Shown here in pieces: positions 1-9,985 of a stretch of 22,674 nt of DNA. A program made the translations under genes and the position numbers. The number at the start of each line of letters is the position of its first letter. Position 1 is the first letter of the stretch. The notes under the pieces are model-generated. The model was not told where the DNA came from, made no database searches, and saw only the letters and a program-made list of their open reading frames with translations. This stretch comes from Fidelibacterota bacterium (GTDB lineage: Bacteria > Fidelibacterota > Marinisomatia > Marinisomatales > TCS55). Where the stretch lies: the NCBI GenBank assembly GCA_027251445.1, contig JAPNQO010000049.1, positions 1 through 22,674 of the forward strand, read 5' to 3'.

Positions 1-299
1 GAATTATGGATATAATTCTTAATGAATGTTCAGATAAAATTGATTTTTTTTCTGCTAAGAAATGGTGTTCAAAAATACCTAATAATGTTTTTATTATTCA
101 CGGGAAAAATGATTCACTTTCACCATTCACTGAATCAATAAAACTAGATAATAAATTGCAAAATAGTAGTTTGCTTATAACCGAACTATTTGAACATAGA
201 GATATATCAAACAAAATTTCCATATTCACTAAATTTAAAGAAATATTTAAGATCGGAAATTTTCTTTCAAAATATTATAAAGAAGCATTTTCTTTATGA
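1..299 (+). CDS. Alpha/beta-hydrolase fold protein, C-terminal fragment (5' end probably outside the window)
   Basis: The frame is open to the left edge. VFIIHGKNDSLSPF matches the acid-residue strand of alpha/beta hydrolases (hhhHGxxDxhhP), with a later His (LFEH). The nucleophile motif is not in the window. Confidence 0.65.
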   Translation, partial: IMDIILNECSDKIDFFSAKKWCSKIPNNVFIIHGKNDSLSPFTESIKLDNKLQNSSLLITELFEHRDISNKISIFTKFKEIFKIGNFLSKYYKEAFSL

Positions 300-361
300 G
301 AATATTTTAATGTATTAATTTGATTGGTATTTGATCTTATATTTCCTAATGTTCGCGTTAA

Positions 362-367
362 TATAAT
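362..367 (+). promoter_or_regulatory. Possible sigma70 -10 element upstream of the oxoamine synthase
   Basis: Exact TATAAT in the 300-394 intergenic gap, 27 nt before the ATG at 395. There is no convincing -35 and the background is AT-rich. Confidence 0.25.
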
Positions 368-394
368 TGTATGACAGTCTATTAATATTTAATT

Positions 395-1684
395 ATGTCA
401 GATAAAAAAACCAAAGACAGCCGTCCTTCATATACTGAGTTTACCTTGGATATGTTTTCACGTAGTTCAGGGAAAAACCACTCTGAAATAAAACAATTTA
501 ATCAATGGCGTAATGATATTATTGAAGCAGATAAATATACTTTTGAGACACCTCATTTGACGCCACAAACTCCAGAAATAAGTGTTCGTAGAATTCATGG
601 TGATGAACATGATTTAGTAAATTTTTCCAGCTACAATTATTTGGGTTATGCAAATCACCCTGATGTTATTGAAGCAGCAAAAGATGCGCTAGATGCTTTT
701 GGCCTCGGAGCTACAGGCAGTCCTCTTCTAAACGGAACTTTTGACATTCATAAAAAATTAGAAAATTCACTTACAAGTTTTTTTGGTCAAGAAGGATATG
801 GAGTTTCTTTATTTTCGTCTGGATATGGAGCAAATATTGGAGTGGTTTCCAGTTATATTCATAAAGGAGATTATGTAGTATTGGACCATTCCTCCCATGC
901 TTCATTGATTGATGGTGCAGTCATGTCACAGGGTACTGTAAAATTATTTAGACACAATGATGCTGAATTTCTTGAAAGAATATTAAAGAGAATATCTAAA
1001 GAAAATAGAAGAATATTAGTATGTGTTGAGGGTGTATATAGTACGGATGGTGATTATGGGAATTTAAAGGATATTGTTACAGTTTCAAAAAATTATGGTG
1101 CGTCAATACTTGTTGATGAAGCTCATTCTTTATTAATTGCAGGTAAAACAGGAAAAGGTGTTGTTGAAGAGTTTGATGTTTTAGCTGATGTAGATCTTCT
1201 AATTGGTACATTTAGTAAATCTTTTGGTGGTATAGGTGGATGTGTGTATGCAAAAAATGATTTAATTAATTATATGAATTATTATGCTAGATCACGAATG
1301 TTTTCCTGCGCATTAGATCCTGCTGTAACAGGAGGAATAATAAAAGCTCTTGAATTAGCTTCTGGTACTGATGGGGATCAAAAACGTAAAAGAATAATTG
1401 ATAATGCTGATTATCTAAGATCCTTATTAAAGGATAAAGTTGATATTGGGACATCTCAGTCATGGGTAATACCTATTATTTTTGGAGATGAAAGAAAATC
1501 CTTACCACTTGGAGATTATTTAATGAAGAGAGGGTATGATTTTTCAATTATGATGTTTCCTGCAGTTAAGAAAAATAAATCAATTATACGTGCCTTTGTT
1601 ACCTCTGAACACACAAAAGAACAGTTAAAAGGATGTGCAGAAGCTTTAATTGATGCTTCTAAAGAATTTGATTTTGGTATTTAA
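395..1684 (+). CDS. PLP-dependent alpha-oxoamine synthase (aminotransferase class I/II), serine palmitoyltransferase-like
   Basis: Motifs NFSSYNYLG, SGYGAN, DHSSHASL, FRHND, EGVYSTDGD, DEAHS and GTFSKSFG (PLP lysine). GTFSKS and DEAHS resemble bacterial Spt. No other biotin genes are nearby and a lipid kinase lies downstream. Confidence 0.85.
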   Translation: MSDKKTKDSRPSYTEFTLDMFSRSSGKNHSEIKQFNQWRNDIIEADKYTFETPHLTPQTPEISVRRIHGDEHDLVNFSSYNYLGYANHPDVIEAAKDALDAFGLGATGSPLLNGTFDIHKKLENSLTSFFGQEGYGVSLFSSGYGANIGVVSSYIHKGDYVVLDHSSHASLIDGAVMSQGTVKLFRHNDAEFLERILKRISKENRRILVCVEGVYSTDGDYGNLKDIVTVSKNYGASILVDEAHSLLIAGKTGKGVVEEFDVLADVDLLIGTFSKSFGGIGGCVYAKNDLINYMNYYARSRMFSCALDPAVTGGIIKALELASGTDGDQKRKRIIDNADYLRSLLKDKVDIGTSQSWVIPIIFGDERKSLPLGDYLMKRGYDFSIMMFPAVKKNKSIIRAFVTSEHTKEQLKGCAEALIDASKEFDFGI

Positions 1685-1699
1685 AGAAGGATAGGTATT

Positions 1700-2401
1700 A
1701 TGAATAAACATATTCCAGGAGATAATTTAATTATTTGGGAATTTGATTATGCTATGACAACATTCTATGAAGTAGATACTGATCAAATATCTTCTTTATT
1801 ACCTAAAGAGTTAAGTCCAATGGAAATTGTCCCTGGCGTTTCATTGCTTAATATTACAGCGTTTAATTTTCCAGAAGGTGGGCTTGGGCATCTTCCAAAT
1901 TTTCAGGAGTTAATTGCTGCCATTGTCGTTGCACCTGATTTATCTAGAGGTGTTCCAAAATTTGCAATGTATGTTTTTTCACTTGGAAGCACATCTCAAG
2001 AGCATCTTGATCATAGCGCTGATTATTACAAATTACCTTCCTACAATAAACTTGAATATGGGAATATAAATCATGATAAAAATGAGTTGGAATTTGGAGA
2101 TAATGAAGGTTCTATATTAACGATGAATAATTGTTGTGATAATATCGGAGATTATCTTGGCCATGAAAGATATTTTCAAGCTTTTGCGTCAAAAGATGAT
2201 GATATCTACATTGCAGATTTATATTTAAAGGCAGCTCTTTTTGAGCACCAGGAACAGGGTGAAGTTGGAATAATTAACAATCATCCTTTTTTAAAGGGCC
2301 TTGAATTATTTGATGAAGAAAAAGTTCCTTATCTTCAAATGATCCTTGAACCAGGTACAAAAGGAAAACAATTTTATTATAAGCCTGAAAAATACCGTTA
2401 A
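1700..2401 (+). CDS. Acetoacetate decarboxylase-like / DUF2071-like fold protein, function unknown
   Basis: The N-terminal pattern TFYEVDTDQISSLLPKELSP...GVSLLNITAF...FQEL is typical of the ADC-like fold. SD-like AAGGA/AGGT lies upstream, 15 nt after the previous stop. Confidence 0.6.
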   Translation: MNKHIPGDNLIIWEFDYAMTTFYEVDTDQISSLLPKELSPMEIVPGVSLLNITAFNFPEGGLGHLPNFQELIAAIVVAPDLSRGVPKFAMYVFSLGSTSQEHLDHSADYYKLPSYNKLEYGNINHDKNELEFGDNEGSILTMNNCCDNIGDYLGHERYFQAFASKDDDIYIADLYLKAALFEHQEQGEVGIINNHPFLKGLELFDEEKVPYLQMILEPGTKGKQFYYKPEKYR

Positions 2402-2444
2402 AATAAAATTTGATATTTTATTTCAAATAAATAGTTTCCAGTAA

Positions 2445-3521
2445 ATGGAAACTGACAATTCTTCTTCTAAACAAACTTTAAATAATTCTGATAAAATAAT
2501 ATCTTGTATAATTAATCCAGCGGCAAGAGATGGCCAATCAATACAGATATGGGAATCAGTAAAAAATAAACTTGAGAAAAAAGGATTAAATACTGAGTTA
2601 TTTATTACGGAAAAAGTTGGTCATGCTTCAGAAATAGCTTATTCACTAAGAAACCGATCAGACATACAAGTAATTGTGGCGTGTGGTGGCGATGGAACTG
2701 TCCATGAAGTATCATCGGGTCTTCGAGGAAGTGAAATACCATTAGCAATTATTCCAGCAGGAACAGGAAACGATGTAGCTAGAGTTCACGGTTATAGTCT
2801 AGATGATTTAGATAATATAATAGATATTATTATTAATGGAATTGATAGAAATATTGGAGCTTTACGTATAGAAGCTGAGCCCATGCCGGAAGAGGATAAT
2901 TATCCTTGTCCTGCTCCTGATATAAAGTGGAATGGAACAGCTAATAAAAAGAATAAGATCGTTCGATGGATCTTTCATGAAACGGATTCAGGAATTACTT
3001 CATTAGTCTCAAGAGCTAAGCTTCGTAGAGGAAAATGGATAAAAGGAAACCTGAAGTATACTTACTTAGGAATTACCGAAATTCTTAAATGGAGAAAACG
3101 AAATGCCTGGGTTAAGATTGATGATAACTCTCCTGTAATAATTAATTTTTCGCTTTTTGTTTTTACTTTATCTGAATTTTTTGGGGGTGGTTATTGGGTT
3201 GCCCCTGGAGCTTCACCAATTAAAAATCATGCTTATTTATGTAAAGCGTGGAATCTTACAAGATTACAAATGTTATTATTAATGGGCCCTCTAAGAAAGG
3301 GAAAGCATATTGGTAAATGGGGAATCACTCTTACTAAATGTAAAAAACTTGAAATAAAATCTGTTAATCAAGAAAATGAACCAGTTGATATCGCACATGA
3401 TCCACCACTGCCAATAAATGTTGATGGAGAACCATGCTTACAAACTCCAGCAATAATTGAATTTCATCCTAAACAACTTTGGTTAAGAGGATCAAAGGAT
3501 GTATCCTGGGATGTATCCTAA
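2445..3521 (+). CDS. Diacylglycerol/sphingosine kinase family lipid kinase (DAGK_cat, YegS/DgkB-like)
   Basis: Motifs IINPAAR, ACGGDGTVHEV, IPAGTGNDVAR, FFGGG and NVDGE. Confidence 0.9.
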   Translation: METDNSSSKQTLNNSDKIISCIINPAARDGQSIQIWESVKNKLEKKGLNTELFITEKVGHASEIAYSLRNRSDIQVIVACGGDGTVHEVSSGLRGSEIPLAIIPAGTGNDVARVHGYSLDDLDNIIDIIINGIDRNIGALRIEAEPMPEEDNYPCPAPDIKWNGTANKKNKIVRWIFHETDSGITSLVSRAKLRRGKWIKGNLKYTYLGITEILKWRKRNAWVKIDDNSPVIINFSLFVFTLSEFFGGGYWVAPGASPIKNHAYLCKAWNLTRLQMLLLMGPLRKGKHIGKWGITLTKCKKLEIKSVNQENEPVDIAHDPPLPINVDGEPCLQTPAIIEFHPKQLWLRGSKDVSWDVS

Positions 3522-4819
3522 TCAGCAGATTTCTTAGGAGGTCCTAACTGTCCTTCAGACGATGCAATTGTTACAGCTATAGTTGCATCACCAGTAACAT
3601 TAATAACAGTTCGTAGCATATCTAAAATACGATCTACTCCTAAAATCAAAGCAATACCAGTGCTAGGCACACCTATTGCTTCAAGAATTATCACTAACAT
3701 AATAATTCCTGCACCTGGTACGGCTGCAGTACCTATAGAAGCAAGAACTGTAGTTAAAACTATAGTAAGCTGATCTAATAAGCTTAAATCAAGACCAATT
3801 GCTTGTGAAATAAAAACAGCAGCAACAGCTTGATACAAAGCTGTTCCATCCATATTTATAGTTGCTCCTAAGGGAAGAACAAATGATGATACTTCTTCAC
3901 TAACACCTAATTCATCTTCACATCTTTCCATTGTAACTGGTAGCGTTGCACCACTAGAGCTTGTAGAGAATGCAAGTAATTGTGCTGGACCAATTCCAGT
4001 AAAGAATGTTTTTAAAGGCATTTTTACATATACTTTTAATATGGTCATATATGTAACTAACAAATGTATGATTAGCCCTACAACCACAGCAATCATATAG
4101 AAACCTAAAGCACCCAATAGCTCAGCTACTTGGTCAGGGTCATCTCCTGCAACTTTATTAATTGTTTGAGCTATTAAAGAGAAAACACCTAATGGTGCAA
4201 TTAACATAATTATATCAACTAATTTGATAATTACATCATTTAATCCTTCGAAAATATCCAATACAGGTTTGGATTTCTTTTTAGGTATTTGAACTAAACC
4301 TATTCCAATCAACATAGAAATAAATACAATTTGTAACATGTTTCGATTATTTGATGCTGCTTCAAAAAAATTACTAGGAACCATATCAACAAATAACTGT
4401 AGTGGACCACGCTCTTTTACTTCTTGTGCAGTATCTGCTCGGTTTGAAGCATCTGATTTATAGGTTTCTTGTAACTTTGATTGCATTTCATATGGAACTT
4501 GTTTTCCTGGTTGGAGCAAATTGACTGTAATTAGACCTATAGATACTGATATTGCGGTTGTAACTATATATATAGATATAGTTTTACCACCTATTCTTGA
4601 TAATTTTTTTAAATCAGATAATGAAGCTATTCCTGTAATCAATGATGTTAAGACCAATGGTATAGCTATAAATTTTAATAATCGGATAAATATTGTACCA
4701 AATGGAGCTATCCAATCAGTTGTGAACTGACCCCATCCAGAAATTGCACTAATGATGCCAAATACTAATCCCAGTAATAAGCCTATAATTATCTGCCAGT
4801 GCAGCTGCATTTTAAACAT
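3518..4819 (-). CDS. Dicarboxylate/amino acid:cation symporter (DAACS; GltP/GltT-like)
   Basis: Motifs AFSTSSSGATLP, LPLGATINMDGTA, ASIGTAAVPG and GVDRILDMLRTVINVTGD; multiple TM helices. Confidence 0.95.
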   Translation of the reverse strand: MFKMQLHWQIIIGLLLGLVFGIISAISGWGQFTTDWIAPFGTIFIRLLKFIAIPLVLTSLITGIASLSDLKKLSRIGGKTISIYIVTTAISVSIGLITVNLLQPGKQVPYEMQSKLQETYKSDASNRADTAQEVKERGPLQLFVDMVPSNFFEAASNNRNMLQIVFISMLIGIGLVQIPKKKSKPVLDIFEGLNDVIIKLVDIIMLIAPLGVFSLIAQTINKVAGDDPDQVAELLGALGFYMIAVVVGLIIHLLVTYMTILKVYVKMPLKTFFTGIGPAQLLAFSTSSSGATLPVTMERCEDELGVSEEVSSFVLPLGATINMDGTALYQAVAAVFISQAIGLDLSLLDQLTIVLTTVLASIGTAAVPGAGIIMLVIILEAIGVPSTGIALILGVDRILDMLRTVINVTGDATIAVTIASSEGQLGPPKKSAD

Positions 4820-4850
4820 TTAATTTCTTTCCCAATAAAATAACATTTTA

Positions 4851-5057
4851 TTATTTTGAATCATTTGATTTAATATCCTTATATTTTTTGAAATATGCAT
4901 CTCCTAAAGTGGTAATAAAGGAAAGTATTTTACCTATTTTATTATTCTTTTTTTTACTTTTTTTTACACGTTTCAAGCTAACATGAATAACTGTATCAAA
5001 TAGATCCTGTATATGAGCAAATAGCTCACCTATTCTAGTAGAAAATGGTTTATTCAT
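4851..5057 (-). CDS. Small basic hypothetical protein (68 aa)
   Basis: Its ATG overlaps the upstream stop (ATGAATAA, 8-nt overlap). It fills the gap between two co-oriented genes. Confidence 0.6.
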   Translation of the reverse strand: MNKPFSTRIGELFAHIQDLFDTVIHVSLKRVKKSKKKNNKIGKILSFITTLGDAYFKKYKDIKSNDSK

Positions 5058-7197
5058 TTAACAAATTTAATGCAGTTTTTAGATCATTAGTTGGTTGATT
5101 GCATGCAAAGTTTTTGCATATATATGCAGTTGGCTTTTCATCGATACTATATTGTGTACTTGTCCAGCTTGCTAATTTATCTAATTGACTATTATTTCTT
5201 GAAGTATCCTTAAATAGTAAAACTTTATGAGGAGCATATTCTGAACGTATTTTATCTATAAAGTCGATAGTTTCATTATCTTTACCTTTACCAACAATAA
5301 CTATCTCCTTTGATTTATTAGTATCAAATAAATATGCAGAAAGCATTAAGGTGTATCCTGTCGGTGCACGATATATATCTTCTGAGAAAGCTCGGATTGT
5401 TTTTTCTGCAAGATCTGCCCATTTAATATCACCAGTAATTCTTGAGAGCTTTACCATATTCATAACTGCTACTGAGTTACCTGAAGGTATTGCACCATCA
5501 TAAGCTGTTTTTGTCCTTACTAATAGTTTTTCTGATTGATCAGAACCAAGAAAGAATCCTCCATTTTTATCATCCCAAAAATCATCTATCATGATGTTCA
5601 TTAAATCAAGACAGCTCGATAAATATTTTGATTCAAAAGTTGCTTGATAAATTTCCAGCAAACCCCATGACATGAATGCATAATCATCAAGATGAGCATT
5701 AATTGCAGCTTTATTATTTCTATATCGTTTTAATAATTTTCCATCCTTTGTAATTTTATTCAAAACAAATTCAGAAGACTTTATTGCAGCTTCAAGATAA
5801 GCTGGTTCATTTAATACAATAGATGCTCTTGCAAGAGCAGCAATCATCAACCCATTCCAATCCGTGAGTATTTTATCATCTTTTAAAGGGTGAACTCTAG
5901 ATTCTCTTTTTTCAAATAATTTAATTCTTGCAGACTCAATTGAAGTATTATCATATAAATCAAAATTATTTAAGTGGGGAATATTTTGCCCATTCTTTTC
6001 TCCACTAGTTTCTTCCTTAAAGTTCCCTTCAGTATTTATTGAAAAAACATTAATAAAGTCTTTACTCAATTTAGAGCCTAATACTTCTTCTATTTCTTTT
6101 TCAGTCCATGTATAAAACTTGCCTTCTTCACCTTCACTGTCAGCATCTTCAGCTGAATAAAACCCACCATTTTGATCTGTCAAATCACGTAAAACATAGT
6201 TAAAGATTTCTTTTGAAGTATTTGCAAATATTTTATTTCCAGTTATATGAAATGCCTCAGTGTAAGCCATTGCAATCATAGCTTGATCATAAAGCATTTT
6301 TTCAAAATGAGGGACAAGCCATCGTTTATCTGTAGAATAACGATGAAACCCAAACCCAATTTGGTCATAAATACCACCTAGCCGCATTTGGTTCAGAGTT
6401 TTAGTTACCATATCTAATGCAAATTCATTATCATAAGAATATCTATATCTCATAAGGAAAATTAAATTGTGAGGAGATGGAAATTTTGGTGCTCTAAAAA
6501 ATCCACCATATTCTTCGTCAAAGCCGTTACGAAATTGTTCATAAGCTGAAGATATTAATTCTTCAGAAATATTATCTCCTGCTGGTTTAGAGTTCATTTT
6601 ATCAAGATAGTTTTTCACTTGATTAACTGAAGATATAATATCATCACGTTTATTTGTCCAAGCTTCCGTTATCATAGGTAATATTTGTAACATTCCAGAT
6701 CTACCGCCTCTACGGTCTTTTGGAAAATATGTACCTGCAAAAAAAGGTTCCTTTTCAGGTGTCATTACAATATTTAAAGGCCAGCCTCCTCTGCCTGTCA
6801 TTGCCTGACAAACAGACATATACAGATGATCAATTTCAGGCAGTTCCTCTCGATCAACTTTTATGGATACAAAATTCTTATTTAATAGCATTGCTACACT
6901 GTCATCTTCAAATGATTCATGCTCCATAACATGACACCAGTGACATGTGGAATAGCCTATAGATAGGAAAATTGGTAGATCTAATTCTTTTGCTTTATTA
7001 AATGCTTCTTTACCCCATGGGTACCAATCTACAGGATTATCTGCATGTTGTAATAGATATGGGCTTTGTTCATCTGCAAGACGGTTCATTTTCATGTATG
7101 AGGCTTTTTCAAATTTACTATCTGTTTTTGATTTAGTAGTACAACTGATAATGAATATAAGTAATAATGATATCCCTATTTGTTGATAGCGAATCAT
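5050..7197 (-). CDS. YyaL/SSP411 (SPATA20) family protein: thioredoxin-like domain plus alpha/alpha-barrel, with predicted lipoprotein signal
   Basis: Motifs [63 protein letters not shown] and [14 protein letters not shown] 7197 or 7203 is a more likely start than TTG 7236, because it gives [19 protein letters not shown]. Confidence 0.93.
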   Translation of the reverse strand: MIRYQQIGISLLLIFIISCTTKSKTDSKFEKASYMKMNRLADEQSPYLLQHADNPVDWYPWGKEAFNKAKELDLPIFLSIGYSTCHWCHVMEHESFEDDSVAMLLNKNFVSIKVDREELPEIDHLYMSVCQAMTGRGGWPLNIVMTPEKEPFFAGTYFPKDRRGGRSGMLQILPMITEAWTNKRDDIISSVNQVKNYLDKMNSKPAGDNISEELISSAYEQFRNGFDEEYGGFFRAPKFPSPHNLIFLMRYRYSYDNEFALDMVTKTLNQMRLGGIYDQIGFGFHRYSTDKRWLVPHFEKMLYDQAMIAMAYTEAFHITGNKIFANTSKEIFNYVLRDLTDQNGGFYSAEDADSEGEEGKFYTWTEKEIEEVLGSKLSKDFINVFSINTEGNFKEETSGEKNGQNIPHLNNFDLYDNTSIESARIKLFEKRESRVHPLKDDKILTDWNGLMIAALARASIVLNEPAYLEAAIKSSEFVLNKITKDGKLLKRYRNNKAAINAHLDDYAFMSWGLLEIYQATFESKYLSSCLDLMNIMIDDFWDDKNGGFFLGSDQSEKLLVRTKTAYDGAIPSGNSVAVMNMVKLSRITGDIKWADLAEKTIRAFSEDIYRAPTGYTLMLSAYLFDTNKSKEIVIVGKGKDNETIDFIDKIRSEYAPHKVLLFKDTSRNNSQLDKLASWTSTQYSIDEKPTAYICKNFACNQPTNDLKTALNLLNE

Positions 7198-7289
7198 AGC
7201 CATCTTGGAATTTGGGCATCTACCGCGTAATTTCAAAATGTAACAGTTCGTAAAACATGAAAAACGATAATCTTAAAAAAGGGAAATAA

Positions 7290-8735
7290 TTGATTCATTT
7301 TTATGTGATATTTATATACCTCATGATACTGATTGGTATTGGTATTGTCAAATCTCGTAAGGTAAATACTCAGTCAGATTTTGCACTCGCAGGTAGATCT
7401 TTAACTCCATGGATTTTAGTTGGCACTATGCTTGCTACTTGGATTGGAACAGGTTCTATATTAGGTAATGCAGGAAAAACGTATGAAATAGGAGTAGCTG
7501 CATTAATGTTACCTATTGGTAGTATTTTGGGAATTATTTTACTAACTAAAATTGCAGGTAAAGTCCGAAATGTGAAAAAATTTACTGTTCCTGAAATTAT
7601 AGGAGATCAATATGGATCAGTAGCTAGAAATTTATGTGTTTTTGCGTTGGTTTCCGCCTATATGGTTATTGTAAGTTATCAGTATAATGCTGGTGGGGCA
7701 GTATTATACACAGTTTTTTCCAATCAAATAGATTCGCAATTATTTACTATTGAAACTGCAACAATTATTGCAGCAATTTTTATCATTTCATATACAATGT
7801 TAGCTGGTCTCCTAAGTGTAGCATTTACTGATGCTGCAAATGGTATTCTTATGACTATTAGTCTTGTTATTGCTTTTCCTATTCTTTGGATAAAAGCTGG
7901 AGGGCTTAATGGAATGGAATTAGCCTTTGAATCAATGAATAAATCAAGTCATATGCAGTTTTTCAGTGTTTTTTCTGCGTTTGATATAATCAATTTCTGT
8001 TTACCTCCATTTTTATTAGTCTTAGGGGATGCTAATATGTATCAAAGGTTTTCTGCAAGTAAGGATCATGAAAGTGCAACCAAAGCAACATTCATTCTTA
8101 TTTTTGCAGTATTAATTATTGAATTACTAATAATTGCTTCATCTTGGGTTGCATCAAGTTTGATTTTAAAAGATGAAGTAGGAAAATATGTGCTGATTCA
8201 TACAGCTTATGATTTGTTACCAACATTTTTAGGGGCACTTATGCTTGCAACCATTGTAGGTATAATTATTTCAACTGCAGATTCTTTTCTTTTAATCCCT
8301 GCAAATTCACTTATTAAAGATATTTATTTAAAATACATAAATGAAGATGCATCTGAAAAAAGAATTGTCGGATTGAGTCGTTTATTAGTTTTAATCCTTG
8401 GAATTATAGCTTATTTAGTTTCAATAGCTTTTTCTAAATCAACTGGTTTTTTTGAAAGGGCTTTGTATGCGTATACAATATATGGCGCATCAATCACACC
8501 TGTATTATTAGCTGCATTATTTTGGAAAAAATCTACTAAAGAAGGTGCAGTTGCTTCAATTTTGTCTGGAATAATTATAACTCTACTTTGGAAAGAATTT
8601 CCCATACTTTGGAATTGGTTACCTAAAGGGTTATATAATTCATTAGATGAGGTATTGCCAGCTATCATAGTCTCTTCCATCGTATTGATTATAGGTAGTA
8701 TTGCAACTCAAGAAAAAAAATCTAGCATTAAATAA
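7290..8735 (+). CDS. Sodium:solute symporter (SSS/SLC5 family)
   Basis: Motifs DFALAGRSL, ATWIG, FTVPEII, YTMLAGLLSVAFTD, MYQRF and IISTADS; highly hydrophobic. TTG start follows AAGGGA. Confidence 0.93.
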   Translation: MIHFYVIFIYLMILIGIGIVKSRKVNTQSDFALAGRSLTPWILVGTMLATWIGTGSILGNAGKTYEIGVAALMLPIGSILGIILLTKIAGKVRNVKKFTVPEIIGDQYGSVARNLCVFALVSAYMVIVSYQYNAGGAVLYTVFSNQIDSQLFTIETATIIAAIFIISYTMLAGLLSVAFTDAANGILMTISLVIAFPILWIKAGGLNGMELAFESMNKSSHMQFFSVFSAFDIINFCLPPFLLVLGDANMYQRFSASKDHESATKATFILIFAVLIIELLIIASSWVASSLILKDEVGKYVLIHTAYDLLPTFLGALMLATIVGIIISTADSFLLIPANSLIKDIYLKYINEDASEKRIVGLSRLLVLILGIIAYLVSIAFSKSTGFFERALYAYTIYGASITPVLLAALFWKKSTKEGAVASILSGIIITLLWKEFPILWNWLPKGLYNSLDEVLPAIIVSSIVLIIGSIATQEKKSSIK

Positions 8736-8812
8736 ATCTATTTATTCTCACAGATACACTATTAGATTTGACGTGAGAGCACAAGTATCAAAATTTAAAA
8801 ATTGAGTATTAT

Positions 8813-9985
8813 ATGGAAAATTATCTAGAAAGAATTGATAAAATAGTTGTCGAGGATATTATCCCTTTAGAGGATGACTTTTTAATGCACGGCTTTTTAA
8901 ACGTATTACCAAAATTAAATCAATGTAGAGATAAAGTGAAGAAACTAGGACTATGGACACCTTATTTATCTGAAGAATATGGGGGTCTAGGTCTTTCATT
9001 ATTAGAATTTGCTAAGGTAAGTGAAATATTAGGTAAATCATTATTAGGGCATTATTGTTTTAATTCTCAAGCACCAGATATTGGTAATATAGAATTATTA
9101 AAGGACCATGCTAGTGATGAGTTAAAAGATAAATTCCTTTCTCCATTGATATCTGGAGAAATACGTAGTTGCTTTGGCATGACGGAACCTCAAAACCCCG
9201 GCTCTAATCCTGTATGGATGGATACAGTGGCGGTTAAAGATGGTGATGATTTTGTGATTAATGGGAATAAATGGTTTACAAGTTCAGCTGATGGAGCAAG
9301 TATTTGTGTAGTCATGGCAGTAACAGATCCAGATGCTGAAAATAAATATTCTAGAGCCAGTATGTTTGTAGTTCCAACAGATAACCCAGGATTTGAACTT
9401 GTTAGAAATATTCCTGTAATGGGAGATGAAGGGGAAAATTATACGAGTCATGCTGAAACTAAATTTACAGATTGTAGAATTCCTTCAACTCATTTGATTG
9501 GAGAGATTGGACAAGGATTTATGTTGGCTCAGCAAAGATTGGGTCCTGGAAGAATTCACCATTGTATGCGTTGGATTGGAATATGTGAACGGGCATTAGA
9601 TTTAATGTGTAAAAGAGTAACTACCAGAGAACTTAATCCAAATCAATTTCTTGCTGAAAAGCAGACTGTGCAAAATTGGATAGCAGAATCAGCAGCAGAA
9701 ATTTATGGAGCTAGACTAATGGTAATGGATTGTGCAAAAAAAGTTCAAGAATTTCATACCAAAGGCGCAAGAAAAGAAATTTCTATAATTAAACTTTGTG
9801 TCGCTGATATATTAATGAAAGTTCTTGATCGAGCAATTCAGGCACATGGGGCATTAGGAATTACTGATTATACTCCTTTAGCTTATTGGTACCGACATGA
9901 GCGTGCAGCAAGAATATATGATGGGCCAGATGAGGTTCATAAAAATTTAATTGCTAGAACAATACTAAAAAAATATATTGATTAA
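8813..9985 (+). CDS. Acyl-CoA dehydrogenase, ACAD10/11 / LvaC-like clade
   Basis: Motifs FNSQAPDIGNIELL, RSCFGMTEP, INGNKWFTS, AQQRLGPGRIHHCMRWIG, QAHGALG and RIYDGPDEVH. Confidence 0.93.
   Translation: MENYLERIDKIVVEDIIPLEDDFLMHGFLNVLPKLNQCRDKVKKLGLWTPYLSEEYGGLGLSLLEFAKVSEILGKSLLGHYCFNSQAPDIGNIELLKDHASDELKDKFLSPLISGEIRSCFGMTEPQNPGSNPVWMDTVAVKDGDDFVINGNKWFTSSADGASICVVMAVTDPDAENKYSRASMFVVPTDNPGFELVRNIPVMGDEGENYTSHAETKFTDCRIPSTHLIGEIGQGFMLAQQRLGPGRIHHCMRWIGICERALDLMCKRVTTRELNPNQFLAEKQTVQNWIAESAAEIYGARLMVMDCAKKVQEFHTKGARKEISIIKLCVADILMKVLDRAIQAHGALGITDYTPLAYWYRHERAARIYDGPDEVHKNLIARTILKKYID

Noticed and set aside
395..1684. Calling the gene bioF, kbl or definitively spt
   Set aside because: Family membership is clear but the substrate cannot be fixed from motifs. 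There are no biotin or threonine dehydrogenase neighbours, so no symbol was given.
2401..2423. Inverted repeat AAATAAAAT-ttgat-ATTTTATTT as terminator or operator
   Set aside because: The stem is A/T-only in an AT-rich genome, so it is unstable and likely chance.
3497..3519. Tandem GGATGTATCCT x2 at the kinase 3' end (DVSWDVS)
   Set aside because: Only two copies of 11 nt. It may be a small duplication but there is no evidence of function, and it is not CRISPR-like.
4521..4730. 69-aa + strand ORF
   Set aside because: Antisense shadow of the DAACS transporter; no motifs.
6720..6929. 69-aa + strand ORF
   Set aside because: Antisense within the conserved yyaL domain.
7204..7236. TTG start at 7236 for yyaL
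   Set aside because: It adds an implausible leader ahead of a good signal peptide and intrudes on the divergent promoter gap.
8411..8680. 89-aa - strand ORF
   Set aside because: Antisense shadow of the SSS transporter.
8746..8794. TTGACG -35 candidate and TCTCAC/GTGAGA inverted repeat before the ACAD gene
   Set aside because: No good -10 at 16-18 nt spacing, and a 6-bp repeat is within chance.
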